A stretch of DNA of 64,000 nucleotides from an uncultured Gammaproteobacteria bacterium. GTDB lineage: Bacteria; Pseudomonadota; Gammaproteobacteria; CAWCPV01. The notes under the pieces are model-generated. The model was given only the letters and a program-made list of their open reading frames with translations, was not told the DNA's origin and made no database searches. Where the stretch lies: the NCBI GenBank assembly GCA_963797555.1, contig CAWCPV010000003.1, positions 352,001 through 416,000 of the forward strand, read 5' to 3'. Position numbers and translations under genes: made by a program. How positions within the stretch are numbered: position 1 is the first letter of the stretch; the number at the start of each line of letters is the position of its first letter. Positions 41,605 to 51,700 of this stretch are shown piece by piece.

Positions 41605-41651
41605 GTTCGAATATCAGACAAATGATAGCCGATTATGTCTGAAAAACAAAC
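41605..41651. promoter_or_regulatory. Imperfect inverted repeat, putative XRE operator
   Basis: GTTCGAATATCAGACA-15 bp-TGTCTGAAAAACAAAC in the AT-rich region upstream of the ACP-XRE-IrrE operon. Confidence 0.55.
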
Positions 41652-41883
41652 TCTCCATGGACAGAACGCGAGCTTGATGCTGGACGAAAGGCAGCGGAAG
41701 CCAGGGAGCGCGCAGGGATCGGTGCAGTGCGTGAACGATGTGGAATCTCGGGCTTCCGGTGCGGCACGATGCCCTCGGATCCCTGGACAGCACTGTGTTG
41801 CATCCGGGCTACGATGTGGGGGTCACCCGCTGAGTCCCGGATTGAGAGCTGGACACGGACGCGCTCGGTGGCATACAGCGCGG

Positions 41884-41914
41884 GGGGGCGGAGTGTCGCT
41901 CTAGTCGCGCCGCA
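41884..41914 (+). repeat. 31-bp direct repeat, right boundary (att-like), overlapping antiporter stop codon
   Basis: Identical to 26508-26538. Confidence 0.9.
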
Positions 41915-43070
41915 GCCGGTCGGACACCGCTATGGGCGTGGGATATTTCAGAACGATCCAATAAGCGGACGCAATGAAAGTGAGGAGCGTGGCGAGCTGG
42001 ATGAGGTGTGCCACCGGCTTGTCGATGACGCCGCTGTCGGCTGCCATGTATCCGATGAGGAGGGAAAACTCGCTCGCCTGCCCCAGGCGCACCCCGATCT
42101 CCCAGGGTAGACCGGGTGCCTCTTCGAACCGGCGCAGCAGGGCGCTGAACGTCACCGGCTTGACCACCAACAGAACCGAGGCCAGCGCAGCGCCGGGCAG
42201 AATCACCTCGCGGACCGCGGCGACCTCGAAGCTTCCACCGAGGGATACGAAGAACAGCACAAGAAAAAAATCGCGCAGCGGCTTGAGACTCTCGGCAATG
42301 AACAGCGAGAGCGGCGTGGTGGCGATGGCAACGCCGGCGATGAACGAGCCGATTTCGGGGGAGAGCCCAACGGCGCTCGCCAGCTCCGCCATTCCCAGGC
42401 ACCAGCCGATGGACAGGAGAAACAGGTACTCGTGGAACCGGTCGAAGCGCGCGAACAATCGCACGAGGACATAGCGCTGAGCGACAAAGGCAAATACGAC
42501 CAAGAGTGGAAGCAGCAGGAAACGGGCCACGGCCGGCGCCGCCTCGATGGGCGGGCGACCGAGACCCTGCAGGACCAGCAAGACCACAATGGCCAGCAAG
42601 TCCTGTAGCAGCAGGATGCTGATGATCACTCCACCCGCACGCCGATGGTGCAGCACGGTGGTGGGCAGGAGTTTGACCCCCAGGATAGTGCTCGAGAACA
42701 TCATCGCCGTGCCGACCACGAGCGAGTCACGCAGGCCGAACCCGAAGGAGATGGTGAAGAGTGCGGCCACGCCCCCGAAGATGAAGGCGCTGCAGAGTGT
42801 CGTGACGGTGGCCTCGCGCAGCATCTCCGCGAGGCGCTGGGGGTGCAGGTTCAGACCCAGCAGGAAGAGCAGAAAGATGATGCCCACGTGGGCAAGCTGG
42901 TCGATCAGTTCAGGGCTGCTCAGTACCCCCGCTCCGGACGGACCGAGCAGCATGCCGACGAGGATATAGGCGACCAGCAGTGCCTGGCGCGCATACAGCG
43001 CCGCTGTGGCGAGGGTTGCAGCGCCTGCAAAGACCACAAACAGGTTGAATATCAGTGGATCGCCAGTCAC
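41901..43070 (-). CDS. Cation:proton antiporter (CPA2/Kef-type)
   Basis: GIIFLLFLLGL, FSST, LLLQDL, GSFIAGV, PLRDFF..LFF, GQASEFS. Confidence 0.92.
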   Translation of the reverse strand: MTGDPLIFNLFVVFAGAATLATAALYARQALLVAYILVGMLLGPSGAGVLSSPELIDQLAHVGIIFLLFLLGLNLHPQRLAEMLREATVTTLCSAFIFGGVAALFTISFGFGLRDSLVVGTAMMFSSTILGVKLLPTTVLHHRRAGGVIISILLLQDLLAIVVLLVLQGLGRPPIEAAPAVARFLLLPLLVVFAFVAQRYVLVRLFARFDRFHEYLFLLSIGWCLGMAELASAVGLSPEIGSFIAGVAIATTPLSLFIAESLKPLRDFFLVLFFVSLGGSFEVAAVREVILPGAALASVLLVVKPVTFSALLRRFEEAPGLPWEIGVRLGQASEFSLLIGYMAADSGVIDKPVAHLIQLATLLTFIASAYWIVLKYPTPIAVSDRLRRD

Positions 43071-43207
43071 GGTCCCGGTGTGCCGCCGCCCTCGAAGGCC
43101 ATCGCCCAGCCCTATCGTGGCATCGTTCGACCCGTCGCGCACCTCAGCACGCCGGCTGGGGCCCGGGAGCCGTCGTTTAGGCGGTCTTGGTCACGGACAC
43201 AGACGGA

Positions 43208-43348
43208 GAGCTTGTGAATAAATCTGCTGCGCGTCCCGATAGCGGCGTTGCGCGGTGCTCGCTCCTCGCCTATCTACTGGATATGTCTCGTCACTGCGCT
43301 CCGTGCGCCTTGCTCTCGGGCCGCTCGCGACGATTTCTTCACAAGCTC
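43208..43348. repeat. MITE/REP-like dispersed repeat, copy 2
   Basis: Same IRs and body as 17119-17250 with a 9-bp indel. Confidence 0.85.
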
Positions 43349-43408
43349 TGAGAGGCACCCGCGGAGGTTGCACAGTCGCGCGAACGTCAGCCGGCGTCGA
43401 CGCCAGCC

Positions 43409-44209
43409 TCAGCGGGGGACAAAACCCTGCCCCGCAGCCCGCTGGGCCTCTTCGGGCGTCATCTTGCGGTAGCCCGCGGGGATCTGAAACAGGCTGGCGG
43501 GCTGAGGGCTCTCCCTGATATTGGTCAACGCCATCACTTCACCGTCGGTCTCCTGACGAACGACGGCACGCAGCCGCGGATCGACGTAGACGACGCTCTT
43601 CTCGGTGTGCTCGCCTTGCCGAACGACAACTTCCCACTTCTCAACCTTGCGCTCGCCAAGCTTGGTCTCACCGCCGTACTTACGCTCGGTCAATGCGTTA
43701 CCCGACGCACGCAGCCGTACCACCATCTTGCGCTTGGGATCGATCCATTCGATGGAGCGCAGCGTTGCGAGATCGTCACGCTCGTCGATGATCTCCCACT
43801 TCTCCGTCGTGACGCCACTCACGTCCTCTTGGCCGAGCAGCTTGCAGGTAATCTTGCGCTGCCGGCAGGGGCTGCCGGCCTCCCCGGGCATGGGCTGGGT
43901 CGCTAGCAGCGGTATCCCGGTATTTTCCGGAATCGGCAGCTCCACGTAGGCCCGCTGCACTGGGTTCAGGGAGTAAATCTTCCCATCGGCCAGATCGAAG
44001 AGATTGATGATCTGCTGAGCACCCTGGCCGGAGTCCATGCGCATCTTGTTGTCGCCGACGTAGAGCTTTCCCGCCGCTTGCCACTGCCGCCACTGCGGGC
44101 TGTAGCTCACCATGTCGGCGGAAAACTCGGCACCGAACCACGCGCCAAACGCGCTGAGCGGAAACAACAAGGCTCCGATAAGCAAAGTCGGTTTCCTCAC
44201 GTTCTGCAC
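43409..44209 (-). CDS. Exported DUF4412-like protein with duplicated module
   Basis: Signal peptide, AEFSADM, KMRMD, two G.E..KWE modules, ASLFQIPAGY. Confidence 0.75.
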   Translation of the reverse strand: MQNVRKPTLLIGALLFPLSAFGAWFGAEFSADMVSYSPQWRQWQAAGKLYVGDNKMRMDSGQGAQQIINLFDLADGKIYSLNPVQRAYVELPIPENTGIPLLATQPMPGEAGSPCRQRKITCKLLGQEDVSGVTTEKWEIIDERDDLATLRSIEWIDPKRKMVVRLRASGNALTERKYGGETKLGERKVEKWEVVVRQGEHTEKSVVYVDPRLRAVVRQETDGEVMALTNIRESPQPASLFQIPAGYRKMTPEEAQRAAGQGFVPR

Positions 44210-44411
44210 CCCTCCTCATCGATCTCAGCGGGCAGGGTCCGCCGCGGCCATTCCCACGCCATCGGACCGGGCGAAGCCAGCAAAGTTTCCCCGCAACCGC
44301 CAGCCCGGCCGCCCGGGGGCGGTCCAGTATGCGGGCTCGGGAGTGAGGGCGCAGCCGTGTCGAGTGTTACCATCAGCGACCTTCCCAGCTCGCCCCCAGG
44401 AGCACTGAGCG

Positions 44412-45408
44412 ATGAGCCCAGACCAAGACCTTGCACCTTACCGCAATTTGGGGCCGGACAACATCCTGGACGCTGTGGAAGCCACCGGCCTGCGCTGGAA
44501 TGGCCGGCTGCTCCCACTGAACAGCTATGAGAACCGCGTCTACCAGGTCGGCATCGAAGGAAGCCAACCCATCGTGGTGAAATTCTACCGGCCGGAGCGA
44601 TGGTCCGACGAGGCCATTCTGGAGGAGCATCGCTTCACCCTCGAGCTGGCCGAGCAGGAAATCCCGGCCGTGCCGCCCCTACCGGATGACCAGGGAAACA
44701 CGCTGCGGCGACACGGACCATTTCGGTTCGCGGTGTACCCGCGGCGCGGAGGACACCCGCCCGAGCTGGACAATCCCGACCACTTGGAGCAGCTCGGCCG
44801 CTTCCTGGCCCGCATCCACAACGTGGGCGCGGTGCACCCATTCCTCCACAGGCCCACCCTGGAGATCCAGCACTTCGGAGTGGAATCGTATCGTTACCTG
44901 CTGCAGGAGCGGATCATCCCGGATGATCTCAGCCCCGGCCTACAGCAGTCTGGCCGAGCATCTCATCGAGCGCGTCCGGGACTGCTACGCCCGGGCGGGC
45001 AACGTCCAGTATCTGCGGCTGCACGGTGACTGCCACCCGGGCAACATCCTGTGGACCGAGCAAGGCCCCCATGTCGTGGACTTCGATGACGCCCGTATGG
45101 GGCCCGCAGTCCAGGACCTGTGGATGTTGCTGTCGGGCGAGCGTCCATACATGACCGCACGGCTCGCCGATCTGCTGGAGGGATACACGATGTTCCGTGC
45201 GTTCGACGCGCGCGAGCTAAATCTGATCGAGGCCTTGCGGACCCTGCGCATGATGCACTACGCGGCCTGGATCGCCAGGCGCTGGGAGGACCCCGCGTTT
45301 CCTCGCGCCTTCCCATGGTTCGGCAGTTCCCGATACTGGGAGGACCACATCCTCTCCCTGCGGGAGCAGGCAGCGCTCATGGACGAGCCGCCTCTTTACT
45401 GGGACTGA
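44412..45408 (+). CDS. srkA: Stress response Ser/Thr kinase SrkA/RdoA (frameshift ~44935)
   Basis: LNSYENRVY, VKFYRPERW, HGDCHPGN, DFDD, QDLWM, WEDPAFPRAFPWF. Confidence 0.93.
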
Positions 45409-45749
45409 GGAACTTGTCAATCGATGTGCTGCGCGTCCCGATAGCAGCGCCGCGTGAGGCTGATGATGGTCCGCCCGAGAGGCTCTCGGCTCCGACCGCG
45501 AGCCACGGCTAGCGGTCGATGACGAACCGCTCCACGCGGTGGCTGCTACAGACCTGCGATTCGGAGACGGAATGCCCGACCTCGCGGTGTCCCATCGCCT
45601 CCGTTGCGGTCACGAACGCCCGGGCAGCGAAGCGCCCTACCCTCGCGGAATAATGTAGCATGCTGCAAGGGCCACACGGACGGCTCGTGGACCGCTCCGG
45701 TCTGCACAGGACCGCGCGTCCCCCGGGCAACGATCGCACACGGCTCTCA

Positions 45750-46772
45750 ATGGAGGAGGCGACGATGGAATTCGCACGTATCCATGCAACTGACTTGACC
45801 GCGTCCAGAATCGGGCTGGGAACCTGGGCCATCGGGGGATGGATGTGGGGCGGCACCGACGAGCGGATTTCCGTGCGCACCATCCACACGGCATTGGACA
45901 GCGGCATCAACTTGATCGACACCGCACCGGTCTATGGCTTCGGCCGGTCCGAGGAGATAGTGGGGAAGGCTTTGGCCCAATATGGCCGCCGGCAAGAGAT
46001 CCTGGTCGCCACCAAGGTGGGTCTGGAATGGCGGGAGGACGGTGTGGTGCGCAACGCCAGCCGGCAACGTATCCTGCGCGAGGTGGATGACTCGCTGCGC
46101 CGGCTTCGTACCGACCATATCGACCTCTACCAGGTCCACTGGCCGGATGAGGCAGTATCCATCGAAGAGACCGCGCGGGCCATGGATCAACTTCTGCGCG
46201 ATGGGAAGATCCGCGCTATCGGCGTCAGCAACTACTCGACCGGGCAGATGGACGATTTTCGCCGCAGCGCGCCGCTGCACACGGTCCAACCCCCGTACAA
46301 CTTGTTCGAGCGGGGGATCGAGCGTGACGTCCTACCCTATTGCGAGGAGCACGCCATCGCCGCCATCACCTATGGGGCACTGTGCCGCGGCCTGCTCTCC
46401 GGGAGGATGCGTCCGGAAACCCGTTTCCATGCCGACGATCTGCGGCAGATGGACCCCAAGTTCCAGGAGCCCCATTACGCACAGTACCTCAAGACCGTCG
46501 AGTCCCTGGCGGGGCTCGCCCGCGACAAGTATGGCAAGACGGTCCTGCAGCTCGCCGTGCGCTGGCTGCTGGACCGGCCAGGCGTTACGGCGGCACTGTG
46601 GGGCGCCCGGTCCCCCGAACAGTTGGAGCCGATAAGCAACGTCGTGGGCTGGCGACTGGACCCGGAAGACGCGGAGGCCATCGACGGAATCCTCGAGCAG
46701 AACATCCCGAATCCGATCGGACCCGAGTTCATGGCGCCGCCGAGTCGAAGGCCGCCAGAGGCGCCATCCTAG
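45750..46772 (+). CDS. Aldo/keto reductase
   Basis: IGLGTWAIGG, DTAPVYGFG.SE, ATKVG, IDLYQVHWPD, IGVSN, QPPYNLFER. Confidence 0.95.
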   Translation: MEEATMEFARIHATDLTASRIGLGTWAIGGWMWGGTDERISVRTIHTALDSGINLIDTAPVYGFGRSEEIVGKALAQYGRRQEILVATKVGLEWREDGVVRNASRQRILREVDDSLRRLRTDHIDLYQVHWPDEAVSIEETARAMDQLLRDGKIRAIGVSNYSTGQMDDFRRSAPLHTVQPPYNLFERGIERDVLPYCEEHAIAAITYGALCRGLLSGRMRPETRFHADDLRQMDPKFQEPHYAQYLKTVESLAGLARDKYGKTVLQLAVRWLLDRPGVTAALWGARSPEQLEPISNVVGWRLDPEDAEAIDGILEQNIPNPIGPEFMAPPSRRPPEAPS

Positions 46773-46827
46773 CGTTGGGAGACAGACGTGCGCAGCCGGG
46801 TGCAGGGGGCGGAGCCCCGGTCGACGC

Positions 46828-47604
46828 CTAGGAACGGTCAGCCCCTGGTGACGCGCCGGGACTCTTTCCGGAGCCGTCGCGGCAGCGCACCGAGATGCCA
46901 AGCCCGCCGAGCGCGTGCTCCATCTGCGCCTCCCAGCCTCGATTGGCGGCTGGGCTGGCGGGACTCGGATGGGGTACGAGGCCGACGCGGACCGAGGCGG
47001 GATTCAGGGCCGCTGCGACCCGCTGCGCCGCGAACCGCCCGACCCCGACCACGTAACGCGGTGTCAGACAGGCGACACTGTGCCCGAGGGCGGCGTCGCA
47101 AAGGCCGAACAGCTCTTCGCGGTCCTTTGCCGGCAGCCGGTCCGGGGTGAGATTGCGGCCGCTCGCCTCCAGGAAGCACAGAGGACAGTAGTTGAGCACG
47201 AAAAACTGCGCGAAGAAGTGCTCCGGCGCACCGCAGGCCGCTCGCGCCCAGCCCCACAGCCGCCGCCCGCTGACCTCCTGCCGAGCGCAGGCGAATCCCT
47301 GAACGGGACGTCGCGGATGCTGGGATGCCGGCTTGCGCACAGGCGCCCGGATGCCCAGCCAGTCGCGCACCATGTGCACGTCTCCGAAGGGGACGCCGGT
47401 CTGGACCATACCCCAAGGCCCCGGATTCATACCGACCAAGACCACCTCGCGGCGTCCCTGTCCGAACCTCCTGATGTAGTCCCCGTGGGCGGCCCAAGCA
47501 TAGTCGAGAGGGTTGTATACATGAGCCACCGGAGCACCGAAGCGCAGCCGTCCGGCGGCCGCCCCCAGACGCCGGGCGATCTCCAGCAAGTCCGCATGCG
47601 CCAT
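46828..47604 (-). CDS. SMUG1-like (family 3) uracil-DNA glycosylase
   Basis: YNPLDYA, GMNPGPWGMVQTGVPFG, EVSGRRLW, NYCPL, HPSPASP. Confidence 0.92.
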   Translation of the reverse strand: MAHADLLEIARRLGAAAGRLRFGAPVAHVYNPLDYAWAAHGDYIRRFGQGRREVVLVGMNPGPWGMVQTGVPFGDVHMVRDWLGIRAPVRKPASQHPRRPVQGFACARQEVSGRRLWGWARAACGAPEHFFAQFFVLNYCPLCFLEASGRNLTPDRLPAKDREELFGLCDAALGHSVACLTPRYVVGVGRFAAQRVAAALNPASVRVGLVPHPSPASPAANRGWEAQMEHALGGLGISVRCRDGSGKSPGASPGADRS

Positions 47605-47960
47605 GGACCATCCCCCGAGTTAGCCGCGCCAGCGTGGCCTTGGCGGCTTAGCGTTCCGTAATCGCGCGCTCGGCCCCGGGCCGCGCGACGCCTTCAGCAC
47701 CGAGCACCGATCCTGACACAGGGCTCGCCTGACCACTGTGCACGCGTGCCGTGGACAGAAGCCGAGCGTTCGCATAGGATAATCGAGTACGTCAACACTC
47801 ACGCCCGGGCCGGCGCCTTTCTCCCTCCTCAGCCACGATCCGCAGCCGGAGCCCGGCCAGCGGTCCGTTCGACTTTCATAGCGAGACCAGAGGAATCCTC
47901 GGATCGGCTGACGACGGGCCCTACTGAGCGCCGCGGCCGCAGCGTCGAGGGAAGTATACG

Positions 47961-48623
47961 ATGGTCACGCACAGCGTCACGTTCAACCGCGATCGCAGCG
48001 CGTTGCTGGTGGTGGACATGCAGCCCGATTTCATGCCGGGCGGCGCACTCCCTGTAGCGGAGGGAGATCTCTTGGTCGAGCCGGTGCGCGCCCTGATTCG
48101 GTCCGGCAGGTTCCAGCACTTCGCTGCGACCCAAGACTGGCATCCGCCGGCCCACATCTCCTTCGCGAGCAGCCATCCCGGCCGCCGGCCCCTGGACACT
48201 ATCGAGCTGTACGGTCATCCTCAGATCCTATGGCCGGACCATTGCGTGCAGGGCACCCCTGGCGCGGAGCTTCACCGCGGGATCCCGTCCGAGAAATTCG
48301 ATGTCATCGTACGCAAGGCAACCGACCCGCGGGTCGACTCGTACAGCGCTTTTCGCAACAACTGGGGGCCCGCCGGGGAGCGGCCGCCTACCGGGCTGGC
48401 CGGCTATCTGCGCGACCGAGGGATCGCAGAGACCTTCATATGCGGCCTGGCCCGCGACTTCTGCGTCAAGTGGACCGCCGAAGACGGTATCGACGCCGGC
48501 TTCATGGTCTGGGTCATCTGGGACCTCACCCGCTCCGTGCACCCTTCCTCGGACGACCTGATCCGCCATGAGCTCGAGCGGCGCGGCGTTCGCATCGTCA
48601 CCTCGGCCCAGCTCACGCCCTGA
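47961..48623 (+). CDS. pncA: Nicotinamidase/pyrazinamidase
   Basis: VDMQPDFMPGG.L, TQDWHP, WPDHCVQGT, DSYSAF, GLARDFCV. Confidence 0.93.
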   Translation: MVTHSVTFNRDRSALLVVDMQPDFMPGGALPVAEGDLLVEPVRALIRSGRFQHFAATQDWHPPAHISFASSHPGRRPLDTIELYGHPQILWPDHCVQGTPGAELHRGIPSEKFDVIVRKATDPRVDSYSAFRNNWGPAGERPPTGLAGYLRDRGIAETFICGLARDFCVKWTAEDGIDAGFMVWVIWDLTRSVHPSSDDLIRHELERRGVRIVTSAQLTP

Positions 48624-48737
48624 CCGTCACGGCCGCGTCGACCCCCCGGCACATGAAAGCGGTTGCGCCACAACGTCTCGCAGCTCTTTATCGGAACAAG
48701 CTCATAACGATTTAATCTTGATAAACCTTGCAGGGAC

Positions 48738-51700
48738 ATGTCCGACGAGCTGAAGCTGCCAGGGCTGCGCTTCTCCGATCTGTTCGACCCCGGGGGGCTT
48801 GCCCGCCTGGACCGCCAGTTCCAGGACGAGCTCGCCGCCCGTGACAGAGAGGCCCAGCATCGGCTCCGTGCCTATAGGGAAACGGGGCATTCCTGGTCTG
48901 GACTCGACACCAGCGAGTTCTTGCTAGGCCTGGCCGCTCACGTCGAGGCATTCATCGCGCGGCTGTTCGGCATCGAAGCCGAGCTGGAGGCCGCCAAAGC
49001 CGCGACGCTGAGCCATGACCCGGTCATGGTGTTCAAGAAGGAGTTCGTTCAACGCCGTGCGCGCCGTTACCGCGGGGACATCCCCGATCCGTTCAGCGTA
49101 CTGGATGCGTGGCTGAGCCGGCAGCTCACGGGCGCGGTCGGGGACGTCCCCGAGGATCGGGAGCTCGCCGCAGCGCAGTTCGCCGCGGAGCTGTTGAGAG
49201 ACGAGATAAAGAATGCCGAAGCCCTTGAAAGACTGACTCAATGGTGCGTTCTGGCGCTGACCGACCCGGCCGGCCGCACCGCGGTGCAGGGCTGGCCCAG
49301 CTTCCAGTTGCCGCAGAAGGTGGACCACGCCCGCCTGGTTCCTTTGGAAGCGGTGGAGGATGACGCGCTGCAGCGGCTCCAGGCTAATCCGGCGCGCTTC
49401 CGCCGCCGGGACGGCTTCCAGCTCACGGACCGGCGGATGTCCGCGCGCGCCGTCCAAGGCCAGGTGCATTACTGCATCTATTGCCACGACCACGACGGCG
49501 ATTTCTGCTCGAAGGGCTTTCCCGAGAAGAAGGGGCAGCCGGAGCTGGGCCTCAAGGTCGACCCCCTGGGCGTCAGTCTCACGGGCTGTCCCCTGGAGGA
49601 GAAGGTCTCCGAGATGCACCTGCTCAAGCGCCAGGGGCATACCGTCGCCGCGCTCGCCATGGCCATGGCGGACAATCCCATGGTGCCGGCTACGGGCCAC
49701 CGGATCTGCAACGACTGCATGAAGGCATGCATCTATCAGAAGCAGGACCCGGTAAACATTCCCCAGATCGAGACGCGGGTTCTAACCGACGTTCTCGATC
49801 TCCCCTGGGGGGTGGAGGTCTACGACCTGCTCACGCGCTGGAATCCGTTGCGGCGCCGCCAGTACGTGATGAAGCCCTACAACGGGCGCAAAGTGCTGGT
49901 CGCCGGGATGGGGCCCGCCGGCTTTACCATGGCCCATCACCTGAGCATGGAGGGGTGCGCCGTAGTGGGCATCGACGGCCTCAAGATCGAGCCGCTGCCG
50001 GCGCAGCTGGTGACGCGCCCGGTGCGCCGCTGGCGCGACCTGGAGGAGTCCCTCGACGAGCGCATCCTGTCGGGCTTCGGCGGCGTCGCGGAGTACGGCA
50101 TCACGGTTCGCTGGGACAAGAACTTCCTCAAGCTGATCTATCTCAGCCTGCTGCGGCGCCCGACCTTCCAGGCGTTCGGCGGGGTGCGCCTGGGCGGCAC
50201 GGTAACGCTGGAGGACGCATGGCGCAACGGCTTCGATCACGTGTGCGTCGCCACCGGGGCCGGGCTGCCGCGGGTGATTCCGATGGGCCACAGCCTGGCG
50301 CGCGGCATGCGCCAGGCGAGCGACTTCCTGATGGCTCTGCAGTTGACCGGAGCCGCCAAGGAGAGCAGCCTCGCCACCCTCCAGGTGCGGCTGCCGGCGG
50401 TGGTTATCGGCGGCGGACTCACGGCCGTCGACACTGCCACGGAGGTCCAGGCCTACTATGTGAAGCAGGTGGAGAAGGTGCTGGCGCGCACCGAGGCGGT
50501 GGGGGTCGGGCGCGTACAGGCCGGCCTCGGCGACGAGGATCGCGCGATCCTGGACGAGCTGCTGGCGCACGGCCGGGCGGTGCGGGCGGAGCGGGAGCGT
50601 GCAGCCGAGGCGGGCGAGGCGCCGGACTTTCTTCCCCTCATCCGCGCCTGGGGCGGTGTGACACTGGCGTACCGCAAGGGCATGAACGCATCCCCCGCCT
50701 ATCTCCGCAACCACGAAGAGATCATCAAGGCCGCCGAAGAGGGGATCTACTACGCCGAGGGCTTGGATCCCCTGCGCGCGGAGCTGGACGAGCATCGCCA
50801 CATCCGCGCGGTGGTGTTCCGCCGCATGGAATGCCAGCAGGGCCGCTGGCTGGCCACCCGCCAGGAAGTGACGCTGCCCGCCCGGTCGGTGTTCGTCGCC
50901 GCGGGCGCCGTCCCCAACACCATTTACGAGCAGGAGCATGCCGGCACCTTCGAGCTGGAGGGCGACCACTTTCTGCCTCACATCGAGCACCCCGACGGTC
51001 TGCAGCCGGTGCAGGTCGCCCAGCACTGCAAGGCAGCCGAGTTCGGCCCCTTCACCTCGTACCGGAAGGAGGGTCACTGCGTCACCTTCATCGGCGACAC
51101 CCATCCGGTGTTCCACGGCAGCGTGGTCAAGGCGATCGCCTCGGCGAGCCGGAGCTATCCGCAGGTCCTGGCGGCGCTCGGCCAACTCCCCCCCGGGGAT
51201 CCGTCCCCGGACGCGTACCGAGCGTTCCGCGCAACCATGGCCGACCTGCTCAGTCCCCGCGTCGCGGAGCTGCACCTGGACAACCCGGCGGTCGCCGAGC
51301 TGTGGGTCCGGGCACCCTTGGCGGCACGCAATTTTCGCCCGGGCCAGTTCTACCGCTTGCAAACCTTCGAGTCGGCGAGCCCCATGGTGAAAGGTACGCG
51401 GCTACAAATCCCCGTCATGACGGTGAGCGGCGCGGGCGTCAAGAACGACAGCGTGCGGCTGATGATCCTGCAGTGGGGGGTTGCACCGCGGCTGGCTGCA
51501 CGCCTCAAGCCCGGCGAACCGCTGATCCTGATGGGCCCGACCGGCTCGCCGACGGAGATACCGCAAGGCTCCAGCATCCTGGTCGTGGCCGGACGCTGGG
51601 GCGCCGCGGTAATGCTGGACATCGGCCCGGCACTGCGGGCGGCGGGTAATCGGGTGCTCTACGTCGCGGCCTTGGCCGCCGCCGAGGAGCTGGACAGGAG

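Larger units (their letters stand above)
26508..41914. mobile_element. ~15.4-kb genomic (defence/conflict-type) island at the 3' end of the antiporter gene
   Basis: Flanking 31-bp direct repeats; accessory gene content; core genes on both sides; no integrase seen. Confidence 0.75.
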
